Below, one piece after another: positions 27,537 through 36,895 of a stretch of DNA of 64,000 bases. Under the pieces are notes generated by a model that did no database searches, was not told the origin of the DNA, and saw nothing but the letters and a program-made list of their open reading frames with translations. The translations under genes were made by a program, and so were the position numbers. Origin of the DNA: a virus; IMG/VR virus record IMGVR_UViG_3300023223_001361, positions 1-64,000 of that record; one strand, written 5' to 3'. Within the stretch, counting starts at the first letter, position 1, and each line of letters opens with the position of its first letter.

Positions 27537-28907
27537 ATGTCACATAGAATGTCCTTGGACGAAAAAATTGCTGCCCTCGTCGAACAGAAGAAAGCAGAAA
27601 AGGATCCTAAAAAGAAGGATCCCGACATGGATGAAGTCCATGACAGAGAAGATGCATCAAAGTCTAAGAAAGACAAGAAAGACGATAAGGACATGGATGA
27701 AAGTGATGCTAAGCATAAACGCCCTGCTGACAAAGATCAAAAAGAAAAAGAAGAAGTTAGTAAGACTAAACAAGTAGGTGTCAAAGAGGATGATGAAGAT
27801 GATGAGGATGAAGAAGACATGGATGAGAGGAAAGATGAAGATGATGAGGATGAAGATAAAAAAGTAGCTGAACAAAAAGATGATGAAGATGATGAGGATG
27901 AAGAAGACATGGATGAGAGGAAAGATGAAGATGATGAGGATGAAGAAGACATGGATGAGAGGAAAGATGAAGATGATGAGGATGAAGATAGTGTTCCTAC
28001 TGCTAAGAAAAATAAGAAGAATATGAAAGAAAGCGATGCTGCGCATAGGCGAAAAGCTGATAAAGAGCAACGCGAAAAACATCCTCCAATGAAGAAAGCA
28101 AAAGGCCAAGATTCAGCTCAACAAACTGATCCAGATAATAAAAAAGCTTTTGACTACACACAAACGAAACCTAACTTTTCTGTTGGTGAGGATATTGAAG
28201 CTCTTTTTAATGGCGAAGATCTTTCAGAAGAATTCAAAACCAAAGCAACCACGATTCTTGAAGCTGCTGTGAATCGACATCTGGATAAAGCTCTTGAGCA
28301 AATTCAAGAAGATGTTGATGCAAGACTCCAAGAGGAAGATGAAGCTCGCACTAAAGCTTTAGTTGAACAAGTGAGTAAGTATCTTGATTATGTTGTAGAA
28401 GAGTGGTTGGAAGAAAACAAATTAGCAATTGAGCGCGGGTATGCGATTGAAACAACTCAAGATTTCATTACTGGTTTGAAAGGTCTTTTTCAAGAACACT
28501 ATATTGAAGTGCCAGATGTACCAAAAAATGTTCTTGATGAACTTCAAGATAAACTTTATCAACAAGAAAAAGATCTCAATGAAGCTCTTAATAGAATCAT
28601 TGATTTGAGTACAGATAATGAAGAAAAAAAGAAAGAGCAAATCTTTTCTGATGTAACTTCGGAACTTACTGATACTCAAGTAGACAAATTTCGGGAGCTT
28701 TCAGAAAGCGTAGAGTTTTCTGGAGACGAAGATTATCGTGACAAACTTGACACGATTAAGACAAACTATTTCCCTAACGAGCAAAAGTCCGGACAGGAAA
28801 TTGGAGATTCGGTAGATGGAGGCTTTGAACCCAAAGCACCGTCGACGCCACAAGTTAAAGCGTACGCTGATGCCCTTACGAGAACATTGGCGCACAAAAA
28901 ATTGTAA
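27537..28907 (+). CDS. 22: Prohead core scaffold protein gp22 with long acidic N-terminal repeats
   Basis: LSEEFKTKATTILEAAV, YLDYVVEEW..EN..AIE, FITGLKGLFQEHYIEVP; synteny before gp23. Confidence 0.93.
   Translation: MSHRMSLDEKIAALVEQKKAEKDPKKKDPDMDEVHDREDASKSKKDKKDDKDMDESDAKHKRPADKDQKEKEEVSKTKQVGVKEDDEDDEDEEDMDERKDEDDEDEDKKVAEQKDDEDDEDEEDMDERKDEDDEDEEDMDERKDEDDEDEDSVPTAKKNKKNMKESDAAHRRKADKEQREKHPPMKKAKGQDSAQQTDPDNKKAFDYTQTKPNFSVGEDIEALFNGEDLSEEFKTKATTILEAAVNRHLDKALEQIQEDVDARLQEEDEARTKALVEQVSKYLDYVVEEWLEENKLAIERGYAIETTQDFITGLKGLFQEHYIEVPDVPKNVLDELQDKLYQQEKDLNEALNRIIDLSTDNEEKKKEQIFSDVTSELTDTQVDKFRELSESVEFSGDEDYRDKLDTIKTNYFPNEQKSGQEIGDSVDGGFEPKAPSTPQVKAYADALTRTLAHKKL
27792..27989 (+). repeat. 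42-bp coding repeat (DEDDEDEEDMDERK), 3 full copies plus partial copies
   Basis: GATGAAGATGATGAGGATGAAGAAGACATGGATGAGAGGAAA at 27792, 27882 and 27924. Confidence 0.9.
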
Positions 28908-28947
28908 TTGATACTTTAATAGTAAAAATAGAAGGAGAAAATTACTA

Positions 28948-30324
28948 ATGTATCTTAATGAAAACCTAAAAGAAAAATGGTCTGGGGTTCTTGATCACGA
29001 AGATTGTGAACCAATCAAAGATCCATATCGAAAGGGTGTTATAGCGCATCTACTTGAGAATACCGAAGAGGCAATCCGTCAGGATAATGAACAGTCTGGT
29101 TTTTTCACAGGAACTCTTACTGAGGCACCTGCTAACCAATCTGGGGCGTTTCCAAATAATCCAAACCTCCAAGGTTATAATCCAGTTTTGATTTCACTTT
29201 TGCGCCGTGCAATGCCAAATCTTATTGCATTTGATGTCGCTGGTGTTCAACCAATGTCTGGTCCTACTGGTCTTATTTTCGCGCTACGCTCTAAGTACAC
29301 ATCGCAAGGTGGAACTGAAGCCCTTTTTAACGAAGCTGATACTGAATTCTCTTCAGATGATACGCCTCCACATGAAGGAACTTCGGATGACTTCTTGCCA
29401 CTTGCTGGAACAACTATCGCTCCCGGTACGGATCTCGAATCCTTTGTTGGTGGTGGTGCTCAAAGTTACTCCCGTGGAGCTGGCTTGGATACCCTAGAAG
29501 GTGAATCTCTTGGTGATGGTTCTGCCCCTGAGTTTGCTGAAATGGCATTCAGTATCGACAAAGTAGTTGTTGAAGCAAAGACTCGCGCACTTAAAGCCGA
29601 GTACACAATGGAACTTGCTCAAGACTTGAAAGCTATTCATAACTTAGATGCTGAAACTGAGCTTGCAAATATTCTATCAGCGGAATTGCTTTTCGAAATT
29701 AACCGAGAGCTTATCCGTTCGATTTACTTGATTGCTGTTCCTGGTGCCCAAGAAGGCGATATCGCTTCTCCTGGAGTATTCGATCTTAATGCTGATGCTG
29801 ATGGTCGTTGGTCTGTAGAGCGATGGAAAGGTCTTATGTATCAGCTCGAAAGAGATGCTAATGCTATTGCTAAGTCAACCCGTCGAGGACGTGGTAACTT
29901 CATGATTTGTTCATCGAATGTTGCCTCTGCTCTGTCGATTGCTGGTTTACTTGCCTCTGCTACTGCACTCAAAGATAACTTGAGCCATGACGGTGATAAC
30001 GGTAACACTTTCGTAGGTGTTCTTAATGGACGTATCAAGGTTTATGTAGATCCATATTCCGATACTGCTGGAAAAGATTACTACGTTATGGGATATCGTG
30101 GTTCATCTGCAATGGATGCTGGACTTTTCTACTGCCCATACGTACCACTTCAAATGGTTCGTGCGGTTGGCGAAAATAGCTTCCAACCTAAAATCGGTTT
30201 CAAAACTCGTTACGGAATGAGAGTAAATCCATTCTCCAATGCAACGGGTGATGCTGATGGTGTGTTGAGACTATCAAGCAACATTTACTACAGACGTGTC
30301 CAAGTAGATAATATTCTTGTATAA
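28948..30324 (+). CDS. 23: Major capsid protein gp23
   Basis: PVLISLLRRAMPNLIAFDVAGVQPMSGPTGLIFA, KTRALKAEYTMELAQDLKAIH, DAGLFYCPYVPL, FQPKIGFKTRYG. Confidence 0.99.
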   Translation: MYLNENLKEKWSGVLDHEDCEPIKDPYRKGVIAHLLENTEEAIRQDNEQSGFFTGTLTEAPANQSGAFPNNPNLQGYNPVLISLLRRAMPNLIAFDVAGVQPMSGPTGLIFALRSKYTSQGGTEALFNEADTEFSSDDTPPHEGTSDDFLPLAGTTIAPGTDLESFVGGGAQSYSRGAGLDTLEGESLGDGSAPEFAEMAFSIDKVVVEAKTRALKAEYTMELAQDLKAIHNLDAETELANILSAELLFEINRELIRSIYLIAVPGAQEGDIASPGVFDLNADADGRWSVERWKGLMYQLERDANAIAKSTRRGRGNFMICSSNVASALSIAGLLASATALKDNLSHDGDNGNTFVGVLNGRIKVYVDPYSDTAGKDYYVMGYRGSSAMDAGLFYCPYVPLQMVRAVGENSFQPKIGFKTRYGMRVNPFSNATGDADGVLRLSSNIYYRRVQVDNILV

Positions 30325-30350
30325 ATCTGAGTAAACAGATAAATTCTTTG

Positions 30351-30381
30351 AAAGAGCTAGTGTTACACTAGCTCTTTTTTT
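30351..30381 (+). terminator. Rho-independent terminator after gp23
   Basis: AAAGAGCTAGTG-TTA-CACTAGCTCTTT followed by a T run. Confidence 0.9.
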
Positions 30382-30460
30382 GTTTAATAGTTGGATAACT
30401 ACTTATAATTATTAAAGAATTAAGGATAGTGACAGAATTGATGTCTTTGGATAAATACTC

Positions 30461-30489
30461 TTGACATATTGATTGGAATTTGAGATAAT
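30461..30489 (+). promoter_or_regulatory. Sigma70-like early promoter
   Basis: TTGACA-17 nt-GATAAT. Confidence 0.7.
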
Positions 30490-30505
30490 AGTAAATAGGT
30501 TTATT

Positions 30506-30748
30506 ATGAATGAAAGAAGAATGTATCAATTGAAGAATAAGATTTCTGGTCATTGGTGGGCAGGTAATCGTGGTTGGTCGAAAAATCCAAAGATATATAA
30601 AAGACTTTGTGATTTGAGATCTGCTATCACATACCATAAAGATTGGTGGATTAGATTGAACAAAGAAGCTAATAAAACTGTTATCGATTTGGTCATTGTG
30701 GAATTTAAAATAGAGAAACATTCAACTTATCCTGTAAACATGGAGTAA
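30506..30748 (+). CDS. Hypothetical protein
   Basis: ATG 30506 lies downstream of the promoter with an AGGT RBS; Trp/Lys-rich small ORF. Confidence 0.65.
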   Translation: MNERRMYQLKNKISGHWWAGNRGWSKNPKIYKRLCDLRSAITYHKDWWIRLNKEANKTVIDLVIVEFKIEKHSTYPVNME

Positions 30749-30751
30749 TAA

Positions 30752-31291
30752 ATGCCTCTTCAACCAGACAATATAAACTTTCTTCACAACAATAAGTTTC
30801 AATTAAACTTTGCTATTCTTCCAGGAATAACTTATTTTGGAACTGGTGTTACTTTACCTGGATTAACTTTACCCACTGCTGATTTCCCTAATCCTCATGC
30901 GAATATCAGAATTCATGGTGACACCCTACAGTTCGATGATTGGTTAGTTACTTTTAATGTTGATGAGGAATTGTCTTCATGGTTTCAGATTTTTGATTGG
31001 ATGAATGGTTTAGGAAAACCACAAAATTTTCAACAGTTCAAATCAAGAAAAGGAAAAGAGAATTTACCTAAAGGTGTTATTCTGCCTACAACAGAAAATG
31101 CTGCATTGTATTCTGATGCCACTTTGTTAATACAAACAAGTGCCAAAAACCCAAAAATTGAATGCCACTTTGTTAATATTTCTCCTACAGCTTTAGGTGG
31201 TGTGGAACTCACCTCACAAGATAATGATACAAATGTTATTTCAGCAACCGCAAATTTTGTATACGATTACTACACTATAGACATCAATTAA
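30752..31291 (+). CDS. 3: Tail completion/tube terminator protein gp3
   Basis: NFL..NKF, V.LPG.TL, GD.LQF....VTF.VDE, W..IFDWM.GLG.P, YSDATL.I.TS; position after gp23. Confidence 0.88.
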   Translation: MPLQPDNINFLHNNKFQLNFAILPGITYFGTGVTLPGLTLPTADFPNPHANIRIHGDTLQFDDWLVTFNVDEELSSWFQIFDWMNGLGKPQNFQQFKSRKGKENLPKGVILPTTENAALYSDATLLIQTSAKNPKIECHFVNISPTALGGVELTSQDNDTNVISATANFVYDYYTIDIN

Positions 31292-31328
31292 ATTATGAGA
31301 TGTATTTGTTATGACATTGATGAGAGGA

Positions 31329-31694
31329 ATGATGGCTAAGAAAATTATAAAGTTGCCTATTGATAATTTGAAGATAGGCTATGCTGATTTCAAGCTCACT
31401 GCTTTGACTGAGAAGGATGCCGGACGAAGATTGATTGATGGTGAATGTCACTTGAAGGAACAAGAAATTGATTACGATTCAGCAATGCATGAACAATTAA
31501 TAATGAATACAATTTTACATGAAGCTGGTCATGCTATGGTTCATGTATTTGGAATGAAATTCAAAGATGATGATCATGAAGAACATTTAGTCAATGCTTT
31601 AATGGGCGGAGTCATCACTCTATTCAGAGACAATCCAAAATTATATCGAGAAGTTGGTCGAGTATTTAATCTACTTGAAAAAGAGGAAGAATAA
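31329..31694 (+). CDS. Putative zincin-like metallopeptidase
   Basis: NTILHEAGHA (HExxH) with downstream EE; GAGAGG RBS. Confidence 0.6.
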   Translation: MMAKKIIKLPIDNLKIGYADFKLTALTEKDAGRRLIDGECHLKEQEIDYDSAMHEQLIMNTILHEAGHAMVHVFGMKFKDDDHEEHLVNALMGGVITLFRDNPKLYREVGRVFNLLEKEEE

Positions 31695-32032
31695 TGGAAG
31701 AAGTTTTATTGGATTTAGTTGATTATAATGGTATAACTGTTGTTACTCAGCACCCGCACGGTTTTCAAGGTTGGGAGATGCCTGATACAGACAAACCAGT
31801 GTGGCAAACCCTAGATGGATCGTATGTTCCTCTAAGGGTGATGACAGATGATCATGTAATAGCTTGCTATCAAATGATAAATGAAAGTATGAAAGAGGAT
31901 AATATTCTCAAAAGTATTTTTGGTCATGAGCCAGAATCTTTGAAGCACAGAAATGAATGTTGGATGGCTTGGGAAGAAGCTCTTTTTAATGAAGCAAATA
32001 ACAGGGGTTTCGTCACTAAGTTATATGACTAA
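31694..32032 (+). CDS. Hypothetical protein
   Basis: Coupled ORF; W.T.DG..V....MTDDH...C motif common in phage small ORFs. Confidence 0.65.
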   Translation: MEEVLLDLVDYNGITVVTQHPHGFQGWEMPDTDKPVWQTLDGSYVPLRVMTDDHVIACYQMINESMKEDNILKSIFGHEPESLKHRNECWMAWEEALFNEANNRGFVTKLYD

Positions 32033-32050
32033 AACAATAGAGGAAAGTAA

Positions 32051-32233
32051 ATGATTAAAATATGGTTAAAGAAATTATTATTTGGTTTTGTATCTTGTAA
32101 ATGTAGAGATTGTAAAGATTTAGTATTTCCAGATGATATGTCAAACAGACATCCTATTTGTGTGAATTGCGAAATGAAATCCAAATACCAAACAAAGAAA
32201 ACATCATCTTATTTGAAAGGTTTCGGTTTATAA
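32051..32233 (+). CDS. Small Zn-finger-like hypothetical protein
   Basis: CRDC...CVNC; GAGG RBS. Confidence 0.55.
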   Translation: MIKIWLKKLLFGFVSCKCRDCKDLVFPDDMSNRHPICVNCEMKSKYQTKKTSSYLKGFGL

Positions 32234-32631
32234 TGAAAAAGAAAAGTCTTGGAATTAAAATAATTCCAACTGTTCATTATGCTCCAGGTCAAATGCTCGC
32301 TGGCACCAGTGAAGATTATGGAGAAGAAGAGGTGGAATTTTTTGAATATGAATGTGAGTATTGTAGTCATACAAGTAGAGATGAAATAGAAATAAAAAAC
32401 TGTGAAAGGAGATGTATTATTCGAGAGAAACAGTTGAAATGCAAACATAAAAATAAAAATTATCATGTATCTGAAGATAATTTATTAATATGTTATTGTT
32501 TAGATTGTAATATTCGTTTTGAGGGCATTGATATTGGATATAATAATCTTCATACATGTTACCCAGAAGAATATGAAATGTTACAACAATGCTTACAAAC
32601 AATATGGGAGAAACATGGGGAAAGCAAGTGA
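32233..32631 (+). CDS. Cys-rich hypothetical protein
   Basis: TAATG start; CEYC, CKH, CLDC motifs. Confidence 0.6.
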   Translation: MKKKSLGIKIIPTVHYAPGQMLAGTSEDYGEEEVEFFEYECEYCSHTSRDEIEIKNCERRCIIREKQLKCKHKNKNYHVSEDNLLICYCLDCNIRFEGIDIGYNNLHTCYPEEYEMLQQCLQTIWEKHGESK

Positions 32632-33065
32632 AGTTAGACGAAATTTTAGGTCTGTGGAGGGTTGATACTAAGATTGATCGTGGCAAACTGGATGAAGAAT
32701 CTTTAAAGATTCCAGAACTCCATCATAAATATTATAAGATTTTTTGTCAAGAACGTATGCTTTTAAAAAAGAAGCAACTGGATTATAAAAAGCTCTACAG
32801 ACAGAAGATGGAATATTATGAGGGTAGACTTGATAAAGATGAGCTTGATGAAAATGAATGGGAACAATTTGATATTAAAGTTTTGAAAAAAGATGTTCCT
32901 ATCTATATAGAGGGTGATACCGATATAGTTAATCATCTTTTGGGGATGCAATATCAAGAAGAGAAGGTAGATCTATTGAAAAGTATATTGAATACTATTA
33001 ATGCCAGATCTTTTCACATAAAAGATGCAATTGAATTTCTTAAATTCACCCAGGGAAATTTTTAA
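32628..33065 (+). CDS. uvsY: Recombination mediator UvsY
   Basis: W..D.KID..KLDEESLKIP.LH.KY, EYY.G, I.ARSF.IKDAIEF.KF; GTGA overlap start. Confidence 0.92.
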   Translation: MKLDEILGLWRVDTKIDRGKLDEESLKIPELHHKYYKIFCQERMLLKKKQLDYKKLYRQKMEYYEGRLDKDELDENEWEQFDIKVLKKDVPIYIEGDTDIVNHLLGMQYQEEKVDLLKSILNTINARSFHIKDAIEFLKFTQGNF

Positions 33066-33163
33066 TGGAAAAATTACTGAAATATTTTTTAGAAAATATG
33101 CAGGATATAGAACTTGAATTTGTTGATGTTGTAGAAGAAGATTTTTGGGAGCTGTTAGCATAA
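33065..33163 (+). CDS. Putative 32-aa acidic peptide
   Basis: TAATG-coupled at both ends (MEKLLKYFLENMQDIELEFVDVVEEDFWELLA). Confidence 0.45.
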   Translation: MEKLLKYFLENMQDIELEFVDVVEEDFWELLA

Positions 33164-33375
33164 TGGAAATAGAGGAACAGGATCCTGAGATACTTGTCGA
33201 TATATTCGCTAAAGTTGTGGGAGGATTTTTAGAAAACATGGAAGCTATTCATGTTGAGTGGGAAAATTTTAGGTATATGGTTTATCGCCAAGAAGATACT
33301 ATCCATGTTGTTGGTGTTGAAGATGATGAAGACTTTGAAGATCTTACAAAGTTTATGTTAGTAGAGATGCACTAA
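33163..33375 (+). CDS. Acidic hypothetical protein
   Basis: Coupled ATG at 33163. Confidence 0.55.
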   Translation: MEIEEQDPEILVDIFAKVVGGFLENMEAIHVEWENFRYMVYRQEDTIHVVGVEDDEDFEDLTKFMLVEMH

Positions 33376-33626
33376 TGACAAACGAAGAAGCGCTGGCAAA
33401 AATAATATCTGATGGGATTCTTCGAGATTTAGATTTACTTGCTGGTGGAAGAGAGAATTTACTTATGACTATACATGATATAAAAGAAGAACGTTTAGGA
33501 GCGGATTTCGGAGTGGATTTTATTCGGTTGGCTCACATACCAACTGGGATTTATGTTGAAGGTGATTCGGATAGACGATATGAATTAATTAAAGAGTTAT
33601 GTGAATTATTGAGAGAACCTTTATGA
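33375..33626 (+). CDS. Hypothetical protein
   Basis: Coupled ORF; IRLAHIPTGIYVE resembles the release-factor-like short motif seen in phage ORFs. Confidence 0.55.
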   Translation: MTNEEALAKIISDGILRDLDLLAGGRENLLMTIHDIKEERLGADFGVDFIRLAHIPTGIYVEGDSDRRYELIKELCELLREPL

Positions 33627-34141
33627 AATTGATAGTTGCCGGTTCCAGAGATTTCACAAATGGAGAACTGATTTACCATATTCTTGATCTCTGGAAGCCT
33701 AAGATAACAGAGATTGTATCTGGCAAAGCCAAAGGTGTTGATAATTTTGGAGAAACTTGGGCACTTAAAAACCAAATTCCTATTAAAGAATTTCCTGCTG
33801 ATTGGAAACGTAAAGGCAAATCTGCTGGTCCAATTCGTAATGGGAAGATGGCTGAATATGCTGATGTTCTGTTTGCTTTTCATGAACCAACTAGTAGAAG
33901 TGGCGGCAAAGGCACTCTGAATATGATAAATTGGATGAAGGAATCTGGAAAAGCTTATATCATTTGGGAAAATTCTCACAACATACCACTGGAACAAATT
34001 TTAACATCAGGTCACACTTTTGGTATTCATCCTGAAGAAACAAAAGTCGAGAAGAAACCAAATCCTTTTAAGGTTATCGAAAGTGATACCATCGCAGTCG
34101 ACAAGTCTATATTCGATCCTATCAAACACTTACTAGGATAA
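33623..34141 (+). CDS. SLOG-family (YspA/DUF2493-like) protein
   Basis: KLIVAGSRDF, IVSGKAKGVD, ADW...GKSAGPIRN..MAEYAD, KGT.NMI. Confidence 0.85.
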   Translation: MKLIVAGSRDFTNGELIYHILDLWKPKITEIVSGKAKGVDNFGETWALKNQIPIKEFPADWKRKGKSAGPIRNGKMAEYADVLFAFHEPTSRSGGKGTLNMINWMKESGKAYIIWENSHNIPLEQILTSGHTFGIHPEETKVEKKPNPFKVIESDTIAVDKSIFDPIKHLLG

Positions 34142-34159
34142 TCTCTTCAAAATTACCCA

Positions 34160-34167
34160 CCTAAATA
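34160..34167 (+). promoter_or_regulatory. Putative late promoter CCTAAATA upstream of uvsW
   Basis: xxTAAATA in the gap; uvsW is late-expressed in T4. Confidence 0.45.
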
Positions 34168-34172
34168 TTTTC

Positions 34173-35678
34173 GTGGATATTATTAAAATATACAAGAAAG
34201 ATGAAGTGTACATGTATATTGCCACTTCGTCATCGATTGACCATGAGTTGCAGGAATTTTTCAAATTCCGTGTTCCAGGGTGTAAGTTTATGCCAAAATA
34301 TAAAAGTGGTCAATGGGATGGATTTATTAGATTATTTAATAAATTCACAAAAGAACTTTACCTTGGCTTGTTTCCCTACGTTATTCGTTTCGCAAAAGAA
34401 AGAGATTATGAGATAGAAGTTGATGATGTTATTCTCGAAAGGGAATATCTCTCTCTTGTGGATGCTGAGAAATTTTATAAGAAATTGAAGCTGCCAGTTG
34501 TAGCAAGAGATTATCAAATAGAAGCTTTATCTAAATCAGTAACCAGTAAGAGAAGATTAATTCTTTCGCCAACTGCTTCTGGAAAATCATTAATCATTTA
34601 TGCACTTGCTCGATATTATAATAAAAAAACTTTATTGATTGTCCCAACTGTATCTCTCGTTTCTCAAATGTATAATGACTTTGATGAATATTCATCTAAA
34701 GATAAGAGTTTCAATGTAGAAAAGAAGTGTCATAAAATCTTTGAAGGTCAGAAGAAAACTTCCGACAAACAAATTTTTATTTCGACTTGGCAATCATTGT
34801 ATCGGCTACCGAAGAAATATTTTCAACAGTTTGATGTTGTGATTGGTGATGAAGCCCATCTAATGACAGCTGATTCCTTGAAAACTATTTTGTCTAATCT
34901 TTCTAATGCAAAATATAGATTTGGCACAACAGGAACAATAGAAGAGAGTAAAACCCACAAGTTAGTTCTAGAGGGGTTATTTGGTAATTTGTACCAAGCC
35001 ACAACTACCAAAGAATTAATGGATAGGAAAGAACTTGCAAACCTAAATATTAAGTGTATAGTTTTGAAATATAGTGAGGAAACTAGAAATCAAAACAAGA
35101 AATTAAAATATCAGGAAGAAATAAAATTCTTAGTGGAGAATAAAAATAGGAATGAGTTTCTTGCAAACCTTGTTGTAAAAATGGAATCAAATTCTTTGAT
35201 TCTTTTTCGACTTATTAATCATGGTAAATTACTAGCTCAATTAATTGAAAAAAAAGTCGATAAAAGAAGAAAGGTATTTTTAGTATATGGTGGAACAGAT
35301 AAGGAAACTAGGGAAGAAGTTCGGAAGATCACTGAAAAAGAAAAAAATGCAATTATTGTTGCTTCAGTTGGTGTCTTTAGTACTGGCGTTAATATTAAAA
35401 ATCTTGTTAACATAATCTTCGCATCTCCGTCTAAGTCTCGCATCAGAACTTTACAATCTATAGGAAGAGGCTTACGAATAGGAAGAAAAGATTATGCTAA
35501 TTTATATGATATAGTTGATGATATGTCTTACAAATCTCGTAAGAATTTTGCCTTGATTCATTTTGTTGAACGGATGAAGATATACAATTCAGAAAAGTTT
35601 CAGTATAAAATCTTCAAATTGCAACTAAGGGAACACTCAAATGGCAATCCGAATACTAAAGCTATTAAACGGAGATAA
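34173..35678 (+). CDS. uvsW: SF2 DNA helicase UvsW
   Basis: SPTASGKS, DEAH, GTTGT, QSIGRGLR, WDG.IRLF. Confidence 0.97.
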   Translation: MDIIKIYKKDEVYMYIATSSSIDHELQEFFKFRVPGCKFMPKYKSGQWDGFIRLFNKFTKELYLGLFPYVIRFAKERDYEIEVDDVILEREYLSLVDAEKFYKKLKLPVVARDYQIEALSKSVTSKRRLILSPTASGKSLIIYALARYYNKKTLLIVPTVSLVSQMYNDFDEYSSKDKSFNVEKKCHKIFEGQKKTSDKQIFISTWQSLYRLPKKYFQQFDVVIGDEAHLMTADSLKTILSNLSNAKYRFGTTGTIEESKTHKLVLEGLFGNLYQATTTKELMDRKELANLNIKCIVLKYSEETRNQNKKLKYQEEIKFLVENKNRNEFLANLVVKMESNSLILFRLINHGKLLAQLIEKKVDKRRKVFLVYGGTDKETREEVRKITEKEKNAIIVASVGVFSTGVNIKNLVNIIFASPSKSRIRTLQSIGRGLRIGRKDYANLYDIVDDMSYKSRKNFALIHFVERMKIYNSEKFQYKIFKLQLREHSNGNPNTKAIKRR

Positions 35679-36018
35679 TGTAATTTGTGAGCTTATAGAA
35701 ATCCTCAATGGGGAATATAGAGTAAGAAACGTATTAAGAATAATCGAAAACTATAACAAGAAACAGAAAGCTCATAATATATTCCTTGTTCAATGGTTGC
35801 CATACACACAAGAAGTAATATTCCGGATTCCAAAAAATCATGTGGTGGTCATGGTTACTCCCACAGAAGGTATGCCAGATCATTATTATCGAAGAGTTGA
35901 TGAGGTATTTGGATTCCCTGAAGATGAGATACATCTTACAGAAGAAGATATCCTTTTGCTCCAAGATTTTGAGGATGCTATGGCAGAATTACCCGATGAT
36001 GACGATATTATTCACTAA
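35641..36018 (+). CDS. Conserved hypothetical protein (Sm-like fold, T4-like)
   Basis: ILKL.NGD.VIC...W.PY pattern at the usual position between uvsW and gp55. Confidence 0.65.
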   Translation: MAIRILKLLNGDNVICELIEILNGEYRVRNVLRIIENYNKKQKAHNIFLVQWLPYTQEVIFRIPKNHVVVMVTPTEGMPDHYYRRVDEVFGFPEDEIHLTEEDILLLQDFEDAMAELPDDDDIIH

Positions 36019-36202
36019 TCAAAAAATTCGTGTTTTATTCTCCTTTAATTCCGGGTACTTATTGGGGGTAAATTAAAGGAAAATTGTGTTAAGGTATCCG
36101 AGATAAGGTTAGTTCTATTTTTAGGTGTTTCAATTTAATGGGATGTGTTAAGATCCCAAAAATATTATACTTTTATACCATATATTTCATCTTATATTTT
36201 TC

Positions 36203-36231
36203 TTGACTTAGTTGCGAGATTACAGTATACT
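36203..36231 (+). promoter_or_regulatory. Sigma70-like early promoter
   Basis: TTGACT-17 nt-TATACT. Confidence 0.75.
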
Positions 36232-36267
36232 GAAAGTATTATTTTAATATAATCATAAAAAGGTAGT

Positions 36268-36825
36268 ATGTTCCATAAGCAATATAAAGAGTCTTTATGT
36301 CAAGTTGTTTTTGATGAGATGCAAAAGGTTTATCAAAGTTTCGATCAAGGTGTGAATAATATTATTCATCAAATGAAAACTCAGACATTTTGCTTCCAAT
36401 CGGGTATGCCTCAGTATCTTTATGTAGATGGTCAAGAAACACAAATTAAAGAAGTTCTCAAAGAATATTATGATACTGGCGTTGGTCTTGAAGCCACAGT
36501 AGATAAGATTGAAAAGATTTTCTATCCTAAATTAGAGGAAACAATTTCTTGTGGACTTTTAGATATTGCTATCAAAGCTGAAAATAGATTCCAGTCTGGA
36601 TTTATTGATTCATCAAAAACTGATGAGTTGTGTTGTGGAGATCCTAATTCTTGTGGTAAGAAACCTTGTAGCATACTTCTTGAAAGTATAAGCGATGATC
36701 CAGATAGTAATCTTAATGATTGGGTCCCAAACGCTTTCGGCTCAGCTTTAATATATGAAATAATAGAAAACCCGTACAGGACTTATCCTGTAATTTTAAC
36801 TTACCAAAAAAGACTGCTTACCTGA
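36268..36825 (+). CDS. Hypothetical protein
   Basis: AAGGT RBS; own promoter; no recognisable motif. Confidence 0.65.
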   Translation: MFHKQYKESLCQVVFDEMQKVYQSFDQGVNNIIHQMKTQTFCFQSGMPQYLYVDGQETQIKEVLKEYYDTGVGLEATVDKIEKIFYPKLEETISCGLLDIAIKAENRFQSGFIDSSKTDELCCGDPNSCGKKPCSILLESISDDPDSNLNDWVPNAFGSALIYEIIENPYRTYPVILTYQKRLLT

Positions 36826-36856
36826 TGAAATTCCAGAAGATTTTTAAATAAAAAGC

Positions 36857-36885
36857 TTGCATTAAGTTTTATTTTCTGTTATACT
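36857..36885 (+). promoter_or_regulatory. Sigma70-like promoter for gp55
   Basis: TTGCAT-17 nt-TATACT with extended TG. Confidence 0.65.
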
Positions 36886-36895
36886 TCAAGTATGT

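Noticed and set aside
27792-27989. CRISPR-like array
   Set aside because: The repeats are in-frame coding units of gp22 with no unique spacers and no cas genes.
27479-28109. Minus-strand poly-Ser and Phe/Ile-rich ORFs
   Set aside because: Antisense shadows of the acidic gp22 repeats. The other minus-strand and nested short ORFs in the track likewise overlap well-supported + strand genes.
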